Counted from the stretch's first letter, positions 30,405 through 41,711 are shown. The stretch: 64,000 nucleotides of DNA from Flavobacteriaceae bacterium (GCA_964228785.1 CAXRAW010000052.1:11141-75140), one strand, 5' to 3'. Notes: a model not told the origin generated them from the letters alone. Program-made: numbers and translations.

Positions 30405-32015
30405 ATGTTTAAAACTATCAAAAATGATTTACCCGCTAGTATAGTGGTATTTTTCGTAGCGTTGCCTCTGTGTCTGGGAATTGCATTAGCCAGTGGGGCG
30501 CCTCTTTTTTCCGGGTTGATTGCAGGAATTGTAGGAGGCATTGTTGTAGCCAGTATTAGTGGATCTAGTATTGGAGTTAGTGGACCAGCAGCAGGACTGG
30601 CAGCAATAGTATTAGCAGCAATAGCAACTTTAGGTGGTCTGGAAAATGGCGGATTTGAAAAATTCTTAGTTGCAGTGGTTCTAGGAGGTGTCATCCAAAT
30701 ACTTCTTGGTTTTGCCAGAGCGGGTATTATCGCTTATTTCTTTCCCTCTTCTGTAATCAAAGGAATGTTAACAGGTATTGGAATTATCATCATCTTAAAA
30801 CAAATTCCTTATTTCTTTGGAATGGACAAAAACCCCACTGGTAAATATTCTTTTCTTCAAGTGGACTGGGATAATTTAATTTCTGGATTGTTAAACTCCT
30901 TGAATGCTCTTCTTAGTGGCAATATTAGTATGGGAGCTACGTTAGTTGGGATTATTTCCTTGGGAATTTTACTTTTATGGTCTAATGTTTTATCAAAAAA
31001 AGCAAAAATTTTTCAGTTAATCCAAGGTCCTTTAGTGGCTGTTGTCGTAGGGATTATTTTCTTTATCGTTACCAAAGGTGGTTCTTTAGGTTTGGCAAAA
31101 GAGCAACTGGTCTCGGTTCCAATTCCCGATAGCTTTGAGAATTTCAAAGGGCAGTTTAGTTTTCCTAATTTTTCTGTAATCAATGATAAAGATGTTTGGG
31201 TAATTGCTATCACAATAGCAATTGTAGCGAGCTTGGAAACCCTGTTATGTGTGGAAGCCACTGATAAATTAGATCCCGAAAAAAATGTAACTCCTACCAA
31301 TAGAGAGTTAATCGCACAAGGAACAGGAAATATCATTTCAGGGATGATTGGAGGACTACCAATAACTCAGGTAATTGTTAGAAGCTCTGCAAATATTCAA
31401 TCAGGTGGTAAAAGTAAAATGTCTGCTATTATTCACGGATTTTTCTTATTAATTTCTGTGATTCTGATTCCTAAGCTATTAAATCAGATTCCTCTATCTG
31501 TATTAGCAGCCGTATTATTCGTTGTTGGTTTTAAATTAGCCAAACCTTCCACATTTAGAAGTATGTTTAAATTAGGTTGGAAACAGTGGATTCCTTTCAT
31601 GACAACAGTTCTACCAATGGCGATCACTGGCGATTTATTGCTTGGTATCGGTTTGGGATTAACTGTTGGTATTGTTGTAATTCTTATCAAAAGTTTCCAA
31701 AATTCACACTTTCTAAATATTGAAGATCAAAGCACAGGAAGTAATAACGTTAAAATGACATTAGCGGAAGAGGTAACTTTCTTTAATAAAGGGGCCATTC
31801 TCACAGAGTTGGATCGTTTACCAGAAAATACTTATTTAGAACTAGACGTAAGAAAAACAAGATATTTAGACAACGATATCATTGAAATTTTAGAAGATTT
31901 CGCATTTAAGGCAAAAGAGAGAAATATCAATATAAAACTTGTTTCTGAAAGAGGAATTGTAGAAAACCCAGACAGTTTTATTGAGTTTTTCAAATTAAGA
32001 CCAAAAACAGCTTAG
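30405..32015 (+). CDS. SulP/SLC26 anion transporter (probable bicarbonate)
   Basis: ALPLCLGIALASG, VSGPAAGL, ASLETLL, NRELIAQG, VIVRSSAN, STAS-like tail. Confidence 0.93.
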   Translation: MFKTIKNDLPASIVVFFVALPLCLGIALASGAPLFSGLIAGIVGGIVVASISGSSIGVSGPAAGLAAIVLAAIATLGGLENGGFEKFLVAVVLGGVIQILLGFARAGIIAYFFPSSVIKGMLTGIGIIIILKQIPYFFGMDKNPTGKYSFLQVDWDNLISGLLNSLNALLSGNISMGATLVGIISLGILLLWSNVLSKKAKIFQLIQGPLVAVVVGIIFFIVTKGGSLGLAKEQLVSVPIPDSFENFKGQFSFPNFSVINDKDVWVIAITIAIVASLETLLCVEATDKLDPEKNVTPTNRELIAQGTGNIISGMIGGLPITQVIVRSSANIQSGGKSKMSAIIHGFFLLISVILIPKLLNQIPLSVLAAVLFVVGFKLAKPSTFRSMFKLGWKQWIPFMTTVLPMAITGDLLLGIGLGLTVGIVVILIKSFQNSHFLNIEDQSTGSNNVKMTLAEEVTFFNKGAILTELDRLPENTYLELDVRKTRYLDNDIIEILEDFAFKAKERNINIKLVSERGIVENPDSFIEFFKLRPKTA

Positions 32016-32055
32016 TACTAAACATCATTAATTATCAAATTTAAATACATAAAAA

Positions 32056-32541
32056 ATGAGTCATCAAATTACAGAACAAGAAATTCTTGACGCTCAACAA
32101 GCATGGGGAGAGGGAATCGTAAAAATTGGAAATGTTTTTCAAGGCAAAGGAGATTACAGCGCAGCTGCTGAAGCTCATATTGATCAATTCTATAATTATG
32201 GTAAAGACCGTGATGGTAGTGTTTTATTTAAACCAACTCTTGCTGCTGAAAAACAATTTAGATTAACCTTTGAGGGAGCATTGTCTTACTTTGTTGGAGG
32301 AAACTCAAACTTTTCAGAAGATCACGGTTTTGCAATCAAACCATGGTCTCACGTTCGATGGGAAAGTATGGGAACTCATATCATCGGAAATATGGCTGTT
32401 GCCATGGGGAATTACTACTTTACCGTTGTAGGGACAGGAGATGTCGTAAAAGTAGAGTATTCATTTGCTTATACCAAGAATGATGACGGAGAATTAAAAA
32501 TCATTCTTCACGGATCACATATCCCTTACGCTGGAGCTTAA
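32056..32541 (+). CDS. COG4337-like (iota-class) carbonic anhydrase homologue
   Basis: ITEQEILDAQQAWG, VLFKPTLA, FRLTFEGALSYFVG, EDHGFAIKPW, AMGNYYF, KVEYSF, LKIILHGSHIPY (canonical HHSS). Confidence 0.8.
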   Translation: MSHQITEQEILDAQQAWGEGIVKIGNVFQGKGDYSAAAEAHIDQFYNYGKDRDGSVLFKPTLAAEKQFRLTFEGALSYFVGGNSNFSEDHGFAIKPWSHVRWESMGTHIIGNMAVAMGNYYFTVVGTGDVVKVEYSFAYTKNDDGELKIILHGSHIPYAGA

Positions 32542-32643
32542 CATCGCAATTTTAAATTTCGTAAGACGCTCACGTAACGTTGGTTAAACAAAGGAGATTG
32601 CTCCAAAAAAGAAGGTTTTTAAAGCTCAAACAGTTACTATTAA

Positions 32644-33294
32644 TTGAAGCATGTGAAAAAAATTATATGTATCATAGGAACGACGCTCATCTCTTTGAGC
32701 GCTGCCTCTCAAGAGAATGATCCAGGAAATTGGCTGATTTATATTGGCAGCAAACAACTGAATTCTAAATGGAATTTACACCACGAAATCCAGTACAGAA
32801 ATTACAATACTCTTGGCGATCTCGAGCAACTGCTCATTCGTACAGGGCTTGGATACGACATCGGTTCAAAAAGTAATATCTTACTGGGATATGGGTATAT
32901 CAATTCCGAGAATTTTACTGGAAATGTCAACGACCAAACTACTGTGGAGGAACATAGAATCTTTCAACAATTCATTACTAAGCAGACTATCGGTAGCGTA
33001 AGTTTACAGCACCGATACCGGTTTGAGCAACGATTTGTTGAAAATGATTTTAAAACACGGTTTCGTTACTTTTTGGGGATAAATCTCCCTTTAAAGAATC
33101 CTAAGTATTACCTCTCTGCCTACAACGAAATTTTCTTAAATGGAAAATCAAACGTGTTTGACAGAAATCGAGTTTATGGCGGGCTTGGGTGTGAGATAAG
33201 TAAGGGAGTTAAACTTGAACTGGGCTATATGAGTCAAGTTTTTGAGACCTCTAGTAGAGATCAGATCAATATCATCACCTTTGTCAACTTTTAA
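32644..33294 (+). CDS. DUF2490 family outer-membrane beta-barrel protein
   Basis: Signal peptide, EHRIFQQ, HRYRFEQRF, RFRY, YNEIF, FDRNR, terminal Phe. Confidence 0.85.
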   Translation: MKHVKKIICIIGTTLISLSAASQENDPGNWLIYIGSKQLNSKWNLHHEIQYRNYNTLGDLEQLLIRTGLGYDIGSKSNILLGYGYINSENFTGNVNDQTTVEEHRIFQQFITKQTIGSVSLQHRYRFEQRFVENDFKTRFRYFLGINLPLKNPKYYLSAYNEIFLNGKSNVFDRNRVYGGLGCEISKGVKLELGYMSQVFETSSRDQINIITFVNF

Positions 33295-33306
33295 AAAAAC
33301 CATCTA

Positions 33307-33336
33307 AAAGCCAATGAAAATTCATTGGCTTTTTTA
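33307..33336 (+). terminator. Intrinsic terminator after DUF2490
   Basis: AAAAGCCAATGAA-AA-TTCATTGGCTTTTTT. Confidence 0.75.
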
Positions 33337-33376
33337 ATCCAAAAAACAGCGACTTTATAGTGAATTTATTTAGCTT

Positions 33377-35242
33377 ATGAAACATCTTTTTTCCAATCTT
33401 CGCGGGGATCTCTTTGGAGGAGTTACAGCGGGAATCGTAGCCCTGCCATTAGCGTTGGCTTTTGGTGTGGCCTCTGGGCTGGGACCTAGTGCTGGTTTAT
33501 ATGGTGCTATTTTCATCAGCTTCTTTGCAGCGCTATTCGGAGGAACTTCAACACAAATTTCTGGCCCCACAGCGCCAATGACAGCCTTAAGTACAGTTGT
33601 GATTGCTGGAGTTATTGCTACCAATAATGGCGATATTAATCATGCACTTCCCGCTATCCTAACGGTCTTTCTTCTTGCAGGAATTTTCCAAATTGGACTG
33701 GGAGGTTTGGGGTTAGGAAAGTACATTCGTTACATTCCTTATCCCGTGGTTTCTGGATTTATGACTGCTATCGGATTGATGATTATCATCTCTCAGTTTG
33801 CTCCTTCACTTGGATACAATGTAAAAGAGGATACCCAATTTGTTCAACAGTTTGAAACTCTTGCAGAACAAGTTGTGCTGAAAACTATATTGGATGAAAA
33901 AGCAAAGAAAGAGGGTGTTTTAACCTTGGAGGACTATCAAGAAACTGTCAATCAAGGGAAGCTTATTTCCTCTGATAAGGTGTACAAAGAAGCTCAGAAT
34001 TTAGCAAAAAAAGAAGCCTCTGGAGTTTTGGGGTCTCTTAAAACACTCTCTAGAATGCTTCAAAAGGTTCGCTGGTTAGAGCTTTTACTAACATTGGTCA
34101 CTATTTTTATTATTTATGGATTCAAGCGAATTACAACAAAAATTCCCAGTTCACTAGTTGCATTGATTGTTGTTTCAGGGGTTGCTGTCGGGTTGAATTT
34201 GAACTACGCTTCAATTGAGAAAATACCAACAGACTTTCCCATGCCTAATGTAGACATTTTTACTTCTTTCGATCTAAGTACTGTGAGTCCATATATTCTC
34301 ACAGCGTTGACTCTAGCCCTTTTAGGATCTATTGATTCGCTACTTACGAGTGTTGTAGCCGATAACATGACCAAAACCAAACACAAACCCAATAGAGAAT
34401 TGATAGGGCAAGGGATTGGTAACAGTATTGCATCGATTTTTGGAGGTATACCGGGCGCAGGTGCAACCATTAGAACAGTAGTGAATATCAATGCAGGAGG
34501 AAAAACAAAATTATCAGGAATGATTGCTGGCATCATGCTACTCGTTGTACTTCTGGGCCTAGGGTCTGTGGCCTCTAAAATACCACAAGCTGTTTTGGCG
34601 GGAATCCTAGTTACCGTAGGTATCGGTGTGATGGATTATAAAGGGTTAAGAGCAATCTCTTCTTTACCCAAAGATCTTAAAATTGGGGCTATAAAGCTTA
34701 GTTCAGAAGTATTGATTATGTTTACTGTAATGGCTCTTGCCACATTCTGGGATTTAATCTATGCTGTGGGTATTGGTCTAGTTTTTGCCTCTTTGATCTT
34801 TATGAAAAAAACAGGTGATTTAACTGCCCAAAAATCGACCGTAACACCTTTGGGTGAGGACTCTTGGGACGATGAAAAAGACATTACTAAAGAATTAAAA
34901 AATACTGTTTTCGTAAAGCATATCAACGGTCCGTTATTCTTCGGTTTTACCAGTGAATTTCAGCAATTATCCAAGCAAATTCCTTCTTTTGCTCATACTA
35001 TTGTCATTCGTATGGATCGGATGCCCTACATGGATCAGTCTGGATTATATGCTTTAGAAGACATGCTCGTAAGCTTAAGAGATTCAGGTAAAACGGTACT
35101 TTTTGTACATCCTCAACAACAACCGCGATTTATGATGGAGCGCATTGATATTATCCCTGATCTTGTTGGAGAGGATAAGATATTTGAAGAGTTTGATGCT
35201 TGTATCCAATGGCTTAAGAAGAACTCATCATCTTCTCTGTAA
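33377..35242 (+). CDS. SulP/BicA-like transporter with STAS domain
   Basis: GDLFGGVTAGIVALPLALAFG, QISGPT, GSIDSLLT, GAGATIRT, GPLFFG, MDQSG. Confidence 0.93.
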   Translation: MKHLFSNLRGDLFGGVTAGIVALPLALAFGVASGLGPSAGLYGAIFISFFAALFGGTSTQISGPTAPMTALSTVVIAGVIATNNGDINHALPAILTVFLLAGIFQIGLGGLGLGKYIRYIPYPVVSGFMTAIGLMIIISQFAPSLGYNVKEDTQFVQQFETLAEQVVLKTILDEKAKKEGVLTLEDYQETVNQGKLISSDKVYKEAQNLAKKEASGVLGSLKTLSRMLQKVRWLELLLTLVTIFIIYGFKRITTKIPSSLVALIVVSGVAVGLNLNYASIEKIPTDFPMPNVDIFTSFDLSTVSPYILTALTLALLGSIDSLLTSVVADNMTKTKHKPNRELIGQGIGNSIASIFGGIPGAGATIRTVVNINAGGKTKLSGMIAGIMLLVVLLGLGSVASKIPQAVLAGILVTVGIGVMDYKGLRAISSLPKDLKIGAIKLSSEVLIMFTVMALATFWDLIYAVGIGLVFASLIFMKKTGDLTAQKSTVTPLGEDSWDDEKDITKELKNTVFVKHINGPLFFGFTSEFQQLSKQIPSFAHTIVIRMDRMPYMDQSGLYALEDMLVSLRDSGKTVLFVHPQQQPRFMMERIDIIPDLVGEDKIFEEFDACIQWLKKNSSSSL

Positions 35243-35282
35243 ATAAGGTTTTCTTCGAAGGTCTTGCTCTTCGAGAAGGGTT

Positions 35283-35831
35283 TTATTCTGACTTTAAGGA
35301 TTCTGAAGATGCTGTATGCTCTTTTGCCTTGGATTGCTCGGTTTCAAATTTTCTTGTAATTGAAGGAAAAATAACTTGAACGACGCTTTTTACTGGAACG
35401 TATAGCACAGAATTTTCGAGTGTTGATTTCTTTACAATGGTGATGGTATTGTTCAACTTGGTAAAAAATATAAGAACTACACTAATAATTACCAAGCTTT
35501 TCAAGAAGGCAAAAATCCCTCCTGTCACTTTATTAACCAAGCCTAGAGCCACAATATCGGCCATTTTAGTCAATCCTTTGCCTAGATAGGAAATCCCCAG
35601 GGTAATTGCAATAAACGTAATAGCGAATGCAACGAGTAGGATATAATTTTTATTCCAGTCTACATAATCTTCCAACAATGCTACAGCAAAATTTGAAAAG
35701 TGGATTGCCCCCCAAATACCACCAACTAAAGCCACTAAAGATGCAACTTCTACAAAAAAGCCCTTTACAAAACCTCTTACAAAGGCAAAGACAAGCAGGA
35801 CAACAATTATAACATCTAGGATATTCATCAC
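35283..35831 (-). CDS. cvpA: CvpA family protein
   Basis: ILDVII..RGFVKGFFVE, NKVTGGIFAFLK, NSVLY. Confidence 0.85.
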   Translation of the reverse strand: MMNILDVIIVVLLVFAFVRGFVKGFFVEVASLVALVGGIWGAIHFSNFAVALLEDYVDWNKNYILLVAFAITFIAITLGISYLGKGLTKMADIVALGLVNKVTGGIFAFLKSLVIISVVLIFFTKLNNTITIVKKSTLENSVLYVPVKSVVQVIFPSITRKFETEQSKAKEHTASSESLKSE

Positions 35832-36107
35832 AAATTGTTTTAGGCGTTAAAAGTACGTGATTTTTTTCATGAAGGCATCGTTAGTATATCCTGAGTATAG
35901 GCATTATTGACTCAATACGATCTCTAATTTCCTCAAGTATAGCTTTGTATCCTCCAAAACAGCTTGCTTTCAGCAGTGCTATCAAGCATTTATTTTACTT
36001 AGATTAAACCCTTTTTTACATGCCTAAAAAAGTTATATCTTACACATGCCATTTCCACTTCATCACCCGTTGGTCGATTATTGTTAGGGCAAACACAAGG
36101 ATCTGAG

Positions 36108-37043
36108 CTAGTTTGGAATGGACGAAAAATCAATATTGACCGTATTTCCTGATGGGATTTGTGTTGTATGCTGAAAAAAAATAACTCCATCGTCAAACAC
36201 AGCTTCAATGAGCCAATAAAACCCTTTATAATAGGATTTATTCACTGTTGCTCGGTGCTCTGATGAGGGTACCATTTTAATTTGATGAGGATACAGCAAG
36301 TGTTTTTTACCATCGATTATCATCACATTCACGTCATCAAATAAAGTAGCCACATCCAGATGTGGTGGGTTTTGATATAATTTAGATGGAATTCCTTTTG
36401 CTAAAATTTGGCCATCTTTAATCACCATTACTTGATCTGCAAAGGATAACGCACCACTTCCGTCGTGAGTGGCTTCAACACAGGAAATATTATTTTCTTT
36501 TAAATAGGCAAATAGCGTCCTTCTGAGCGAGTTCTTTCTAAAGGTATCTATCTGACTGAATGGTTCATCAAGTAAGATTAATTCTGGCTGTTTTGCCAAA
36601 GCTCTAGCTATAGCAATACGTTGTTGTTGCCCTCCACTCAAAGTCTTTACTTTTTGTTTTGCAAAAGGTTGCATTTCTACAACTTCTAATAACTCTTGAG
36701 CCCTTTGTTGAGCTTCTTCAAGATCAAAACGAGAGAGGAATTTTACGATATTTTCTTCTACAGAGGTATAAGGCATTAAATCAAAATCCTGAGGAACATA
36801 TTTAAAAAAATCCATTCCAGGAACTAGGTGAAAAGCAGGGCCTAAAATTGGTTGATTTTTCCAAGAAAGCTTTCCACCTTTAAGATCTAGCAAACCGTAA
36901 ATAGCTTTGAGTAAAGTAGATTTTCCAGAACCACTTTCTCCCATAATACAGAGATGCTCCCCTGCGGTAAGCTCAAAAGAAAAGTGTTTCAGAATTTCTT
37001 TTTGCCCGTTATATCCAAAAGAGATATTTTTAACCTTTAGCAT
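36108..37043 (-). CDS. ABC transporter ATP-binding protein
   Basis: GESGSGKST, LSGGQQQR, LLDEPF, THD. Confidence 0.92.
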   Translation of the reverse strand: MLKVKNISFGYNGQKEILKHFSFELTAGEHLCIMGESGSGKSTLLKAIYGLLDLKGGKLSWKNQPILGPAFHLVPGMDFFKYVPQDFDLMPYTSVEENIVKFLSRFDLEEAQQRAQELLEVVEMQPFAKQKVKTLSGGQQQRIAIARALAKQPELILLDEPFSQIDTFRKNSLRRTLFAYLKENNISCVEATHDGSGALSFADQVMVIKDGQILAKGIPSKLYQNPPHLDVATLFDDVNVMIIDGKKHLLYPHQIKMVPSSEHRATVNKSYYKGFYWLIEAVFDDGVIFFQHTTQIPSGNTVNIDFSSIPN

Positions 37044-37094
37044 AAAAAATCACACATATGAATGCGGGACAAACATACGATGTTTTTAAGGTAT

Positions 37095-39254
37095 TTACTC
37101 TTTAACCTCTGCTTTTGGTGGATTGGGGAGTTGATCGTACCCCATATTGTAGAAAGTAAACCCATAGATATCCGAGTACTCGTTAATGACTTGATCTAAG
37201 GATTTTCCAGCACCATGACCTGCTTTTACATCAATTCTAATGAGAACGGGATTTGCACCCGCTTGTTTGTCTTGTAACTCAGCAGCAAACTTAAAGCTAT
37301 GAGCTGGTACAACGCGATCATCGTGATCACCTGTTGTGACGAGTGTAGCAGGATATTCTACACCTGTTTTTACGTTATGCACAGGAGAGTATCCTTTTAA
37401 ATATTCAAACATCTCTTTACTCTGCTCAGCGGTACCATAATCATATGCCCAGCCTGCACCTGCGGTAAAGGTATGATAACGCAACATGTCCAAGACTCCA
37501 ACGGCAGGTAAAGCAACTCGCATAAGGTCGGGTCTTTGAGTCATCGTTGCCCCTACAAGCAACCCGCCATTTGATCCTCCGCTTATGGCTAAATAATCCG
37601 ATGAGGTGTACTCATTTCCAATTAAATATTCAGCGGCTGCAATAAAATCGTCAAATACATTTTGTTTTTGCAGCTGCGTCCCCGCTTTGTGCCATTCTTT
37701 TCCATATTCGCCGCCACCTCGCAAATTAGGCACTGCATAGATTCCTCCCTGCTCCATCCAAACAGCTCGTAGGACGCTAAACCTAGGATTCAAAGAAATA
37801 TTAAACCCTCCATATCCGTATAAGATCGTGGGATTTTTACTGTTGTATTCAAGTCCCTTTTTATGAGTGATAATCATAGGAATTTTTGTACCATCTTTTG
37901 AAGTGTAGAACACTTGAGTACTTTCATAGTCATCTGGATTAAAATCAATAGCGGGACTCCAGTACAACTCAGAAGTTCCACGTTCCATGTTGTATTTGTA
38001 GATACTTGCTGGGGTTTTATAATTGGTAAAAGAGTAATAACAGGTTGTATCTCCTTTTTTCCCTCCAAAGCCGCTGGCATTTCCAACACTAGGTAATTTA
38101 ACTTCGCGAATGAATGTTCCCTCCATATCGTACTGTAACACCTTAGAAATGGCATCAACCATATACTCTGTAAAGAAATAACCGCCTCCGCTAGAAGGAC
38201 TTAATACATACTCGGTTTCTGCGATAAAATCCTGCCAATTTTCTGGAGTAGGATTCCCAGCATCAACAGTAACAATCTTTTGGTTTGGTGCGTCTAAATT
38301 AGTAACCAGATATAATTTACTTCCAACATTGTCAATAACATAGGTGTCGCTATCAAAATGATCAATAACAGAAATTAGTTTACTATTTTTCTTTGTAAGA
38401 TCTTTTATAAAGAGCTTATTTCCTGAGGTAGACGTAGACGCAGAGATCACCAAATAACGATCGTCTTCTGTTAGATATCCACTCACGTAACGGTGTTTTT
38501 CTGCTTCAATTTCTCCAAAGATAACAAGGTCATTCTCTTGTGGGGTGCCCAACTTGTGATAGTACAATTTGTGTTGATCTGTTTTAGCTGAAAGCTCACT
38601 TCCTTTAGGCTTATCGTAGCTAGAATAATAAAACCCATCGTTGCCCTTCCAGCTGATTCCCGAGAATTTAATATCAACCAACGTATCTTCTTTGATTGTT
38701 TTTGTCACAGCATCCATAACGATGATTTTTCTCCAATCACTTCCTCCTTCAGAAATAGAATAGGCCGCTGTTTTCCCATCTTTAGAAAATTGTAATCCCC
38801 CTAAAGACGTAGTTGCATCCTCAGAAAAAGTATTTGGGTCTAAAAAGACTTCCTCTTCTCCGTTGTCACCTTTTTTTCTGTAAATCACAGACTGATTCTG
38901 AAGGCCATCATTCTTGCTATAATAAGTATAATCACCTTCTTTAAATGGGGAACCTATTTTTTTGTAGTTCCATAAAGTTTTTAGTCGGTTCTTAATCTGA
39001 TCTCGGTATGGAACCTGATCTAAATAGTTAAAGGTAACTTCGTTTTCGGTCTTCACCCAGGCTTCTGTTTCTTGACTTCTGTCGTCTTCCAACCATCGGT
39101 AGTTATCGGTTACCTCTGTATTAAAATAGATGTCAACAACGGGCTGCTTTTCGGTTTTAGGATAATTCACAGTAATGGTTCTTTTATTTGATTCAACCTG
39201 ACAAGAGGTAAGAATCATCATTGCACAAAATGCAGAAATAATAGGTGTCTTCAT
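37095..39254 (-). CDS. Prolyl oligopeptidase (S9A), lipoprotein
   Basis: LTSC lipobox, YRWLED, GGSNGG, DDRV, AGHGAG. Confidence 0.95.
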   Translation of the reverse strand: MKTPIISAFCAMMILTSCQVESNKRTITVNYPKTEKQPVVDIYFNTEVTDNYRWLEDDRSQETEAWVKTENEVTFNYLDQVPYRDQIKNRLKTLWNYKKIGSPFKEGDYTYYSKNDGLQNQSVIYRKKGDNGEEEVFLDPNTFSEDATTSLGGLQFSKDGKTAAYSISEGGSDWRKIIVMDAVTKTIKEDTLVDIKFSGISWKGNDGFYYSSYDKPKGSELSAKTDQHKLYYHKLGTPQENDLVIFGEIEAEKHRYVSGYLTEDDRYLVISASTSTSGNKLFIKDLTKKNSKLISVIDHFDSDTYVIDNVGSKLYLVTNLDAPNQKIVTVDAGNPTPENWQDFIAETEYVLSPSSGGGYFFTEYMVDAISKVLQYDMEGTFIREVKLPSVGNASGFGGKKGDTTCYYSFTNYKTPASIYKYNMERGTSELYWSPAIDFNPDDYESTQVFYTSKDGTKIPMIITHKKGLEYNSKNPTILYGYGGFNISLNPRFSVLRAVWMEQGGIYAVPNLRGGGEYGKEWHKAGTQLQKQNVFDDFIAAAEYLIGNEYTSSDYLAISGGSNGGLLVGATMTQRPDLMRVALPAVGVLDMLRYHTFTAGAGWAYDYGTAEQSKEMFEYLKGYSPVHNVKTGVEYPATLVTTGDHDDRVVPAHSFKFAAELQDKQAGANPVLIRIDVKAGHGAGKSLDQVINEYSDIYGFTFYNMGYDQLPNPPKAEVKE

Positions 39255-39310
39255 ATAAGCTGTTTCTTAATGCTATTTTATTGACTAATACAAGAAAACG
39301 AAATGGGTTT

Positions 39311-40603
39311 TTATGTGACTCTTAACAGATAATAATTTTTTTTACCTCGCTGTAATAATACATACGTATTGGCAATTAAGTCGTCTAGGGTAATGATATG
39401 GTGTTCTTTTACTTTTTCCTTGTTAACGGAAATAGAATTTTCTTTTAAGGCTCTACGAGCATCTCCATTGGATTTTAAAAACCCTGTTTTGGCAGCCAAA
39501 GCTCCAATCATATCCAACCCATTTTCGATATCTTTTTTTGATATAGAAGCTTGAGGCACACCGTCAAAAACATCTAAAAATGTTTGTTCATCTAGCGATT
39601 TTAAATCGCTAGCCGTTGATTTCCCAAAAAGGATATTGGTTGCCTTAATCACATTTTCATAAGCCTCTTGTCCATGAGTCATAACAGTAACTTCTTCCCC
39701 TATTTTCTTTTGTAGCAATCGCAAGTGTGGAGCTTCTTGATGCTTTTCTATAAGCTGATTAATGGTTTCTTGATCTAGAAATGTGAATATTTTGATGTAT
39801 TTTTCTGAGTCCCCATCCGATGAGTTAAACCAATACTGGTAGAATTTGTAGGGAGAAGTTCTATTAGCATCAAGCCAAACGTTCCCTCCTTCTGTTTTTC
39901 CAAACTTTGTTCCGTCGGCTTTTGTGACTAGGGGGACTGTAATTGCATACGCTTTGCCTTGAGATTTTCTTCGTATGAGTTCTGTTCCTGTGGTGATGTT
40001 TCCCCACTGATCTGAACCGCCTATCTGTATCTTACAATTATATTCTTGATACAAGTGGTAAAAATCATATCCTTGAAACAGTTGATAGGTAAACTCAGTA
40101 AAACTCATCCCCTCCTTAGAAGTAGCACCTAAGCGTTTTTTTACAGAATCTTTTGCCATCATATAGTTCACAGTGATGTGCTTTCCTGTATCTCGAACAA
40201 AGTCAATCAATGAAATATCTTCCATCCAATCATAGTTATTGACCAAAATGGCAGCATTGCTAGTGGTAATATCAAAATCTAAAAAGCGAGACAATTGATC
40301 TTTCACCCCTTTGATATTTTTCTGAAGCGTTTCTTCGGTCAGTAAATTGCGTTCTTTGGATTTTCCTGAAGGATCCCCAACCATTCCAGTAGCACCACCA
40401 ACTAGAGCAATGGGTTGATGACCAGCTCTTTGAAAGTGTTTTAAGACAATAATCTGAACCAAACTTCCAATATGCAAAGAATCAGCTGTTGGGTCAAAAC
40501 CAATATATCCTACAGTCGATTTTTTTAATAGGTATTCTTCTGTCTCTGGCATGATATCATGCAGCAAGCCTCTCCATCGTAGCTCTTCAACGAAATTTGT
40601 CAT
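39311..40603 (-). CDS. tyrS: Tyrosine--tRNA ligase
   Basis: GFDPTADSLHIGS, GGSDQWGNI, KFGKT. Confidence 0.98.
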   Translation of the reverse strand: MTNFVEELRWRGLLHDIMPETEEYLLKKSTVGYIGFDPTADSLHIGSLVQIIVLKHFQRAGHQPIALVGGATGMVGDPSGKSKERNLLTEETLQKNIKGVKDQLSRFLDFDITTSNAAILVNNYDWMEDISLIDFVRDTGKHITVNYMMAKDSVKKRLGATSKEGMSFTEFTYQLFQGYDFYHLYQEYNCKIQIGGSDQWGNITTGTELIRRKSQGKAYAITVPLVTKADGTKFGKTEGGNVWLDANRTSPYKFYQYWFNSSDGDSEKYIKIFTFLDQETINQLIEKHQEAPHLRLLQKKIGEEVTVMTHGQEAYENVIKATNILFGKSTASDLKSLDEQTFLDVFDGVPQASISKKDIENGLDMIGALAAKTGFLKSNGDARRALKENSISVNKEKVKEHHIITLDDLIANTYVLLQRGKKNYYLLRVT

Positions 40604-40715
40604 AATTTTCTAGTTAAAATACGCATTCAGAATATCCTTAAGGAACTTAGACAATAGAATTTCTTTTATCAATAACAAAGATACATTTCTAGCGTAAATA
40701 ACCTAACTTCGTTAT

Positions 40716-41711
40716 ATGATTTTAGTTACTGGAGGAACAGGACTAGTAGGTTCTCATTTGTTGTATCATTTAACCTTAAGAAACGATCGTGTAAGAGCAG
40801 TCTATCGAACTCGTGACGGACTACCCAATGTGCGAAAAGTCTTTTCTTACTACACCAAAAAAGGAGATGAATATTTCACTAAAATTGATTGGCATCAGGC
40901 GGACATTACCGATGTACCAAGTATGATTCCCGTTTTTGAGGGAGTCTCTCAGGTTTATCATTGTGCTGCGCTTATTTCTTTTGATCCTTCTGATTATCGC
41001 AAAATGCGAAAAGTAAATATCCATGGAACAGCTATCATGGTGAACCTTTCCATAGATGTGGGTGTAAAAAAGTTTTGCTATGTAAGTTCAATTGCAGCCC
41101 TAGGAGGGAATTCAAAAAAACTAGTTTCTGATGAAGATAACCAGTGGTCGAATAGTGAGAAAAATCACGGATATGCCATTACCAAACACGGGGGTGAAAT
41201 GGAAGTTTGGAGAGCCAGTCAAGAGGGAGTTGATGTGGTTATTGTGAATCCTGGTGTTATTTTGGGAAGTGGGTTTTGGAACTCAGGTTTTGGAAAAGTA
41301 TTTACTAAGGTTCATAAAGGATTTTCGTATTACACAAAAGGTGTTACGGGGTTTGTAGGAGTGAAAGATGTGGTTAGTGCAATGATCCAGTTAATGAATA
41401 GCACCCTGAAAAATGAACGATTTGTCTTGGTTGCAGAGCATAAGAGTTTTGCCGAAATCCTCAATACCATTGCCGATGAATTTAGAAAGAAACACCCATC
41501 TAGAGCAGTAGCTGCTTGGGTCTCTGAAGCCTTTTGGAGATGGGAGTGGTTTTTGTTTAAGCTCACCTCCAGAAAACCAAGGATAAGCAAATACTCAGCA
41601 CGATCGCTACATTCGAAAACATACTACAGCTCTGAGAAAATAAAAAATGCATTGGACTTTCAGTTTCAAAAAATTAGAGATGTGATTAAACAGGTATGCA
41701 ATGACTATTGA
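40716..41711 (+). CDS. NAD-dependent epimerase/dehydratase
   Basis: VTGGTGLVG, HCAA, YAITK. Confidence 0.9.
   Translation: MILVTGGTGLVGSHLLYHLTLRNDRVRAVYRTRDGLPNVRKVFSYYTKKGDEYFTKIDWHQADITDVPSMIPVFEGVSQVYHCAALISFDPSDYRKMRKVNIHGTAIMVNLSIDVGVKKFCYVSSIAALGGNSKKLVSDEDNQWSNSEKNHGYAITKHGGEMEVWRASQEGVDVVIVNPGVILGSGFWNSGFGKVFTKVHKGFSYYTKGVTGFVGVKDVVSAMIQLMNSTLKNERFVLVAEHKSFAEILNTIADEFRKKHPSRAVAAWVSEAFWRWEWFLFKLTSRKPRISKYSARSLHSKTYYSSEKIKNALDFQFQKIRDVIKQVCNDY

Noticed and set aside
35832-36107. Intergenic ORF 35999-36208 and a REP-like GGGCAAACACAAGG segment
   Set aside because: The ORF overlaps the ABC ATPase with no motif; the REP-like match is single and degenerate
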